DNA from: Paraphysomonas bandaiensis
Lineage: Eukaryota; Protista; Chrysophyceae
Direction of reading: 5' to 3'
NCBI GenBank assembly: GCA_965644295.1
Contig: CBFFRP010000514.1
Span: forward strand, 1 to 15,049
DNA length: 15,049 nt
Shown here: positions 9,741 to 15,049 of the stretch, in pieces
Layout: every line of letters starts with the position of its first letter
Numbering within the stretch: the first letter of the stretch is position 1
Translations under genes and position numbers: made by a program
Notes under the pieces: model-generated
What the model saw: the letters and a program-made list of their open reading frames with translations, nothing else
What the model was told of the DNA's origin: nothing
Database searches by the model: none

Positions 9741-10683
9741 TCCTGTTCTTTTACAGGCCAATTTTTGTTGAGTATATGCTTTAGAAGCCGCTTTTATTGC
9801 GCTAACTGGTCGTTACGAGCAGTAAGTCGAACATATGCCAGGTATGGTAGCTCTTTGAGGTCATTGATCTAATATTCGTGGTCTTTGGAACCAAACGTTA
9901 ATTCAAAGGAGAATATCTACGTTTCTAATGTACTGAACACTTTGAATCCAGCACTTGGAATACCTCCCTGCCGCAGGTTGAGCAATTCTGTACGAGAACT
10001 ATCACCGAGGCTCATCTGGAAAGCGTTTATGGAGCGCAATGCAACTACACCTTAAATTCGCGAGGACTTAGTACCCTAGAAATAGCAGTTGTTACTCTTC
10101 TCCAACCGCTTCACGCTGCAGCCAAACAAATGATTCAAGACACGCAGCCTGCGTCACTTTGTCGCACCAAGCGGTCACATCGACTCCACCTAGACCGCGA
10201 AACACATAATCGAAACGTAGCGCCACACGGCAAAAACCGCGGGGTCTACGCTTACTACGTGTAACGAGGAGACCTAACACACCAGCGGATACGCCGTGAC
10301 GACACCTCCGCTAGCTACTTCTCTGTCCCAGGCCCAACTCGCATCCCGAGCCATCCCTAAACACGCCGGAGTCCAAATCTACCCCCTCGCCCATGTATCT
10401 CAGGTTAGGAACACCCGACTCACCTATCGCCAAATAATCAGACTTTCATATATATATGCTAGAGAAACTGTATAAGATCATGTCTATTTAAGATCTGATA
10501 ATATTGAGTGGTAGTTGAGATGATATTAGAAAATAGCGAATGACTTGAGTTGAACAAGTGTGTAAATGTCAAATTCTAATAGAAAAATAATTGAAGTTAC
10601 TAAGATTTATATATTATATAGACATGAAATAAAAATAAAACGCGCAGTACACAGTAGTATAATACAAATACAAAGTTCATTAA

Positions 10684-11907
10684 TTATTCCACTGCTCCAT
10701 ATATACCTCGCGGCTTACAGTTACATGATTCGAAGTGACTACAAATATGACTAACGTTCAAGTGCAAAGTATGATTGCCGCACCTTTCTTCATAAGATGC
10801 GATGAGGTCAAAGTTTTTCTTATATGTAGAAATTCCTTCATACATAGAATGTTTATCAGGATCCCATATAAATTTATTTTCATCTGGATAATGATGGCTA
10901 AATCCGACACGGTCATGTCTACAGTATCCTATTGCGTGTTCTGCCCGCAGTGTCGCGAAGGCAAATATATGGTGAGTAAACTGAGTAATATTGTTGAGCA
11001 CAAACCAGACAGACATTATCCACTCGCTATTAACACCTGGTGAGCTAGTGGCTTGTTTCATTTCCTCTACTCTCTTCATGGTAACAACGTCATTTTCATA
11101 CTTATGTCGAGGTAGTAGATTCAGAACATATGCCGTGTTGTCATCAGACGCAGCAGAGAAATCAAATACACGAAAGACGAAATCGCGCTGAAAGTACACA
11201 TTCATATCCTCTGCCAATCCAACAGCAAGTCGATCACACACACCGCCATAGTTGCACGAGTTTGGCACGAAAATAGCTTTGGCTCCAGCATTGTCTTCCT
11301 TCCAAGATTTCAAGCGACAAAACATGCTATAAAAATCAAGTACAGGATCGTAAAACGCACTATCAAGGCGGGTGAAGACTATCAGATCCCACAGAAAATT
11401 GTGTCTTTGAGAATAACTACAGGCCATATCATATGCTCTCTTCCGTCGTGCATACATATCTATGAAATTACCTCGGACCAAGCCACCAAATTTTTTCTCC
11501 CACCGGGCACGGTCATCTCCAGCCTTCATTTTTTCGGGGAGCATGTGCAATATTTCCTCAGTTGATAGCATAGGCGCTGCAGATGATATCTCGTACTCCG
11601 TTGCCAGTGCATGCAAGCGGCCGAGGCCATATCTTGCAAGTGGACAGTCTGGAGTGCGCACAATATGAGCAAATAAACTAATGTGATGTTTCCATGGATG
11701 AAGTATGTACCGATCCCAGCTTCGCTCAACAAATGCGAAGGATCGTAACTCTCCAGCAGTAACTATCGCAATTCGAAACTGAGTGGAGTTTTCTTTGGGA
11801 ACTTTTATGAAGTTGAATTCACTGAACTCGTGCTGCATACCAGGTACCTCGCACCTAACAGTCACATACACCAGCAACAAGGCAGCTCTGAGAAGATATG
11901 ACACCAT
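10684..11907 (-). CDS. Secreted or membrane-anchored uncharacterised protein, putative glycosyltransferase-like (407 aa)
   Basis: Uninterrupted ORF with a hydrophobic N-terminus (MVSYLLRAALLLVYVTVRC). Motifs IAIVTAGELRSF, WDLIVFTRLD, FVP...YGGVCDRLAVG and NSE resemble a widespread algal/viral family (DUF7796-like from memory, unverified). Cys-rich C-terminus. Confidence 0.75.
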   Translation of the reverse strand: MVSYLLRAALLLVYVTVRCEVPGMQHEFSEFNFIKVPKENSTQFRIAIVTAGELRSFAFVERSWDRYILHPWKHHISLFAHIVRTPDCPLARYGLGRLHALATEYEISSAAPMLSTEEILHMLPEKMKAGDDRARWEKKFGGLVRGNFIDMYARRKRAYDMACSYSQRHNFLWDLIVFTRLDSAFYDPVLDFYSMFCRLKSWKEDNAGAKAIFVPNSCNYGGVCDRLAVGLAEDMNVYFQRDFVFRVFDFSAASDDNTAYVLNLLPRHKYENDVVTMKRVEEMKQATSSPGVNSEWIMSVWFVLNNITQFTHHIFAFATLRAEHAIGYCRHDRVGFSHHYPDENKFIWDPDKHSMYEGISTYKKNFDLIASYEERCGNHTLHLNVSHICSHFESCNCKPRGIYGAVE

Positions 11908-11951
11908 CTGCAGCCAAGTGAAGTGATGCTCATTTTACATATATATACTTA

Positions 11952-12217
11952 CCCACCTACCTACCTACCTACCTACCTACATACACACGTACCTACCTAC
12001 CTACCTACCTACCTTCGTACCTACCTACCTACCTACCTACCTACATACACACGTACCTACCTACCTACCTACCTACCTACCTACCTACCTACCTTCGTAC
12101 CTACCTACCTACCTACCTACCTACCTACATACCTACCTACCTACCTACCTACCAACCTACCTACATACACACGTACCTACCTACCTATCTACCTTCGTAC
12201 CTACCTACCTACCTACA
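11952..12217. repeat. (CTAC)n microsatellite with higher-order structure
   Basis: ACCT runs are interrupted alternately by acatacacacgt (about 11980, 12043, 12163) and accttcgt (12011, 12091, 12191). Confidence 0.97.
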
Positions 12218-12630
12218 TTCTGTACATCATAGAAAAGTCACTTTTCTCACATTTCTTTGAAAAAACGATGACTTTTCAATGAATGAACAAATCCATACAA
12301 TATGTATGCACTTCTAGACTTCTAAACTCGGAACTTGCGGAGGGATTTTTTGGGGATTTCCGGGTACACACGTCAGCATGGAAATATACGGATAAAAAAC
12401 ACTCTTGTTGTTCGGTTCGGGCACCAAATACCTGAATATGGCTCTACACCGACCGGTGCAGTGATTTGCTCATATTGATAAGTAGCTGAATATACTGAGC
12501 TACAACTCAATCGGGTTATACATTCATCCATACATCCTTATCTCGCTCATCGGTATGGGCGCATTTCAGACAATTAAATATTATTATTTCAGTCCTTTTG
12601 ATAAGAGCTGAGCGGTTTCATCATTCAGCT

Positions 12631-14005
12631 ATGGGTTGTGGAAGCTCACAGCATACTAAATCAACCACATATGATTCGAACTTCTCCATGGGGCCTGTCA
12701 TAGGCAGGGGCGGTTTTGCGACAATAAAGAAAACAGTTTATGTCCCTGATAACACGGAGTTCGCCTCTAAGATAATAAATATACGCCACTGCTTGTCGCG
12801 GACGGGAGGGGCAAGCATTCTTCGAGGGGAACTGATGGCGTTGAAGTTGTCGTCTTTTCATCCTTTTATTTCTAATCTGCACTTCGCGTTTCATGATACT
12901 ACACATTGTTATTTGGTACTGGATCTCCTTGAAGGGGGAGATTTGCGGTACCATATTGCAGCTCGTGTACACTTCTCTGAGAAAAAGGTTGCCTTCATTG
13001 CTGCTTGCATATCGTCCGCCTTGCATCACATTCATCGAAGAGGCGTCATCCATAGAGGTTAGCCTTATTTTTCTGTCATGCATGGGTAAGTTATCTTCTG
13101 TGACAGATGTAAAACCGGAGAATATAGTACTAGATATACAAGGCTACCCCCGGCTTACGGATTTTGGTGTGTCGCATTGCGGCAGCTCAACTGAGCGGAG
13201 TGCTGGAGGGATGGTGTGTACACTCTCTAGCGGGACATTACGTTATCTAGCTCCTGAGGTCCTTACTCACTCCCACAGACACAGTATTGAGAGCGACTTC
13301 TGGAGCCTCGGTGTTGTGATGTACGAGCTACTTTACCTTGACCGTGTGTTTGATAAACACTGCCCAAAAGAGTTCGTACGGTTTGTAGATGCAGTCTATT
13401 CCGATCTTTGGACAGAAGAGAAGTATGATGACCAGATCGCCTCACACACTACAAAGTCTTCCGACTGCATGAGTACTGAATCTGATATTGCTCTCGCGGC
13501 TTTGGCCCGGTCATCTAGCACGAAGAATCTTCCTGCTTCCTTAAGGGTAGATGTACCTCCGTCAACCCCTTTTGGTTTTCCAGTGACAGATGAATTTGCC
13601 TCAATTATGCATGGTCTACTGGAAGTCCGCATTCCGCAGAGACTCGGGTCAGGGGAACATAACTACAAGGCCTTGAAGGAGCACCCATTTTTTGAGAGGA
13701 TGGGGGTTTCATGGGATAGTGTAGTGCGGCGAGAAGTGAGTTCTCCTTTAGGTATAGACACTCTAGCAGCTCGCGATAATACACTCTTTGTGCATGCACA
13801 GAAATCCCGTGCAGATGAGTGTGGAGATGTATCCGAGAAGTTCAATGTGAATGATCTTCCGCCCATAGTGCAGGAGACGCTGCAGCAGTACTCCTACAAA
13901 TCATCTCAGTACACACTATGTCCTGGAAAATCCAAACGTTTTACTGATAGGTCGATTTCGAGAACGTTTACGTCCGTTGCAGCTGAAGAGTTTCTACAGG
14001 CGTAG
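12631..14005 (+). CDS. AGC-group Ser/Thr protein kinase, YANK/STK32-like (441 aa, 2 exons)
   Basis: Exons 12631-13057 and 13107-14005. A 49-nt GT-AG intron splits HR-D and splicing restores HRDVKPEN. Other motifs: GRGGFA, FASK, HPFISNLHFAFHD, LDLLEGGDLRYH, DFG, GTLRYLAPE, DFWSLG, RLG, HPFF. The MGCGSS start is a myristoylation/palmitoylation-type motif. Confidence 0.93.
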
Positions 14006-14321
14006 ACCATTAAATCTTTTAATATGGGTTGTGATTTTTTTCCGTCGGTCGTATTTTATATTCGTGGTCAGATATGTGTTTGCAGAACACTCTGCATGTT
14101 TCTTTTCTGGAGCGGATGGAAGTTTTTAGACCACCTCTTGGTTATCGTGCAAGTTCACTGAATTGTTTGTTGCTGAGCCTTATCATCGCTCACCTATTCG
14201 TTACTGTGACATGTTATGTGCGATTTATGTTTGAATGTGAACAACTAAGCTCTCATTAAATACAAATACAAAGTTCCACTGTTGTGGTGTCGATGTTACG
14301 TATTAATAAGTATAATTTTTT

Positions 14322-14395
14322 TAGTGTTAAGGTGAGGGTTATGTTGGAAATTGCTCATCTATTCAGATCGGGGTTAGGGTTAGGGTTAGTGTTGA
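14322..14395 (+). repeat. Degenerate internal telomere-like repeats
   Basis: tagtgttaaggtgagggtta (about 14322-14341) and gggttagggttagggttagtgtt (about 14371-14393). Confidence 0.75.
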
Positions 14396-14562
14396 GTTCT
14401 GCAATATGATGTGATATATATTGTGCAATTGAAGTGAGTTAACAGTGTGCAATAGGTAAAGTCAACTCATAGATGTAACGGGTGATTATAGTTACAAAGG
14501 AATTAAATTCAGTTACTGATGTGTGACCATACAAGATATAGAACTGACTGATGAACATATGA

Positions 14563-15020
14563 TAAGGGTTAGGGTTAGGGTTAGGGTTAGGGTTAGGGTT
14601 AGGGTTAGGGTTAGGGTTAGGGTTAGGGTTAGGGTTAGGGTTAGGGATAGGGTTAGGGTTAGGGTTAGGGTTAGGGTTAGGGTTAGGGTTAGGGTTAGGG
14701 TTAGGGTTAGGGTTAGGGTTAGGGTTAGGGTTAGGGTTAGGGTTAGGGTTAGGGTTAGGGTTAGGGTTAGGGTTAGTTAGGGTTAGGGTTAGGGTTAGGG
14801 TTAGGGTTAGGGTTAGGGTTAGGGTTAGGGTTAGGGTTAGGGTTAGGGTTAGGGTTAGGGTTAGGGTTAGGGTTAGGGTTAGGGTTAGGGTTAGGGTTAG
14901 GGTTAGGGTTAGGGTTAGGGTTAGGGTTAGGGTTAGGGTTAGGGTTAGGGTTAGGGTTAGGGTTAGGGTTAGGGTTAGGGTTAGGGTTAGGGTTAGGGTT
15001 AGGGTTAGGGTTAGGGTTAG
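14563..15020 (+). repeat. Telomere (TTAGGG)n, right chromosome end
   Basis: About 75 units with the G-rich strand running toward the end. Variants: TAAGGG (14563), ATAGGG (14647) and truncated TTAG (14773). Confidence 0.98.
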
Positions 15021-15049
15021 AGCAATACATGTAACTGAACGAAGTACGT
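15021..15049 (-). other. Untrimmed Oxford Nanopore ligation adapter (artefact)
   Basis: agcaatacatgtaactgaacgaagtacgt is nearly identical to AGCAATACGTAACTGAACGAAGTACATT, the reverse complement of the ONT adapter AATGTACTTCGTTCAGTTACGTATTGCT. Confidence 0.93.

Noticed and set aside
11923-12282. 119-aa PTYL-repeat ORF
   Set aside because: It is a microsatellite translation.
1800-13866. Short antisense or overlapping ORFs (e.g. 1800-2102, 2944-3324, 10735-11043, 12661-13083, 13263-13866)
   Set aside because: They are shadows of better-supported genes and have no motifs of their own.
14523-15030. (RV)n and (NP)n ORFs
   Set aside because: They are translations of telomere repeats; the NP ORF's ATG lies in the adapter.
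15021-15049. Unique sequence beyond the telomere suggesting an interstitial telomere or fusion
   Set aside because: It matches the Nanopore adapter.

Overview
This is the right-hand end of a eukaryotic chromosome, probably from a protist with flagellate ancestry. A stramenopile is plausible but is only an inference from the TTAGGG telomere, the 43-52 nt GT-AG introns and the gene content. From left to right it holds: an LTR-like remnant; an intronless YdhF-type aldo-keto reductase with a signal-peptide-like N-terminus; a disrupted BBOF1/CCDC176 ciliary gene fused through a 112-bp duplicated segment to a truncated Ty1/copia gag; a multi-exon NF-YB gene with one apparently broken splice acceptor; a degenerate non-LTR retrotransposon fragment (RT C-terminus and RNase H); a fragment and a full copy of an uncharacterised glycosyltransferase-like family; and an intact MGC-acylated AGC/YANK-like kinase ending about 560 bp from roughly 450 bp of (TTAGGG)n. 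The last 29 bases match the Oxford Nanopore ligation adapter and are not genomic, so single-base frameshifts may be sequencing errors. I see no clear new multi-gene system. The best leads are the secreted-type bacterial-like AKR, the BBOF1 pseudogene with its templated-insertion junction, and the NF-YB GT-AA intron.
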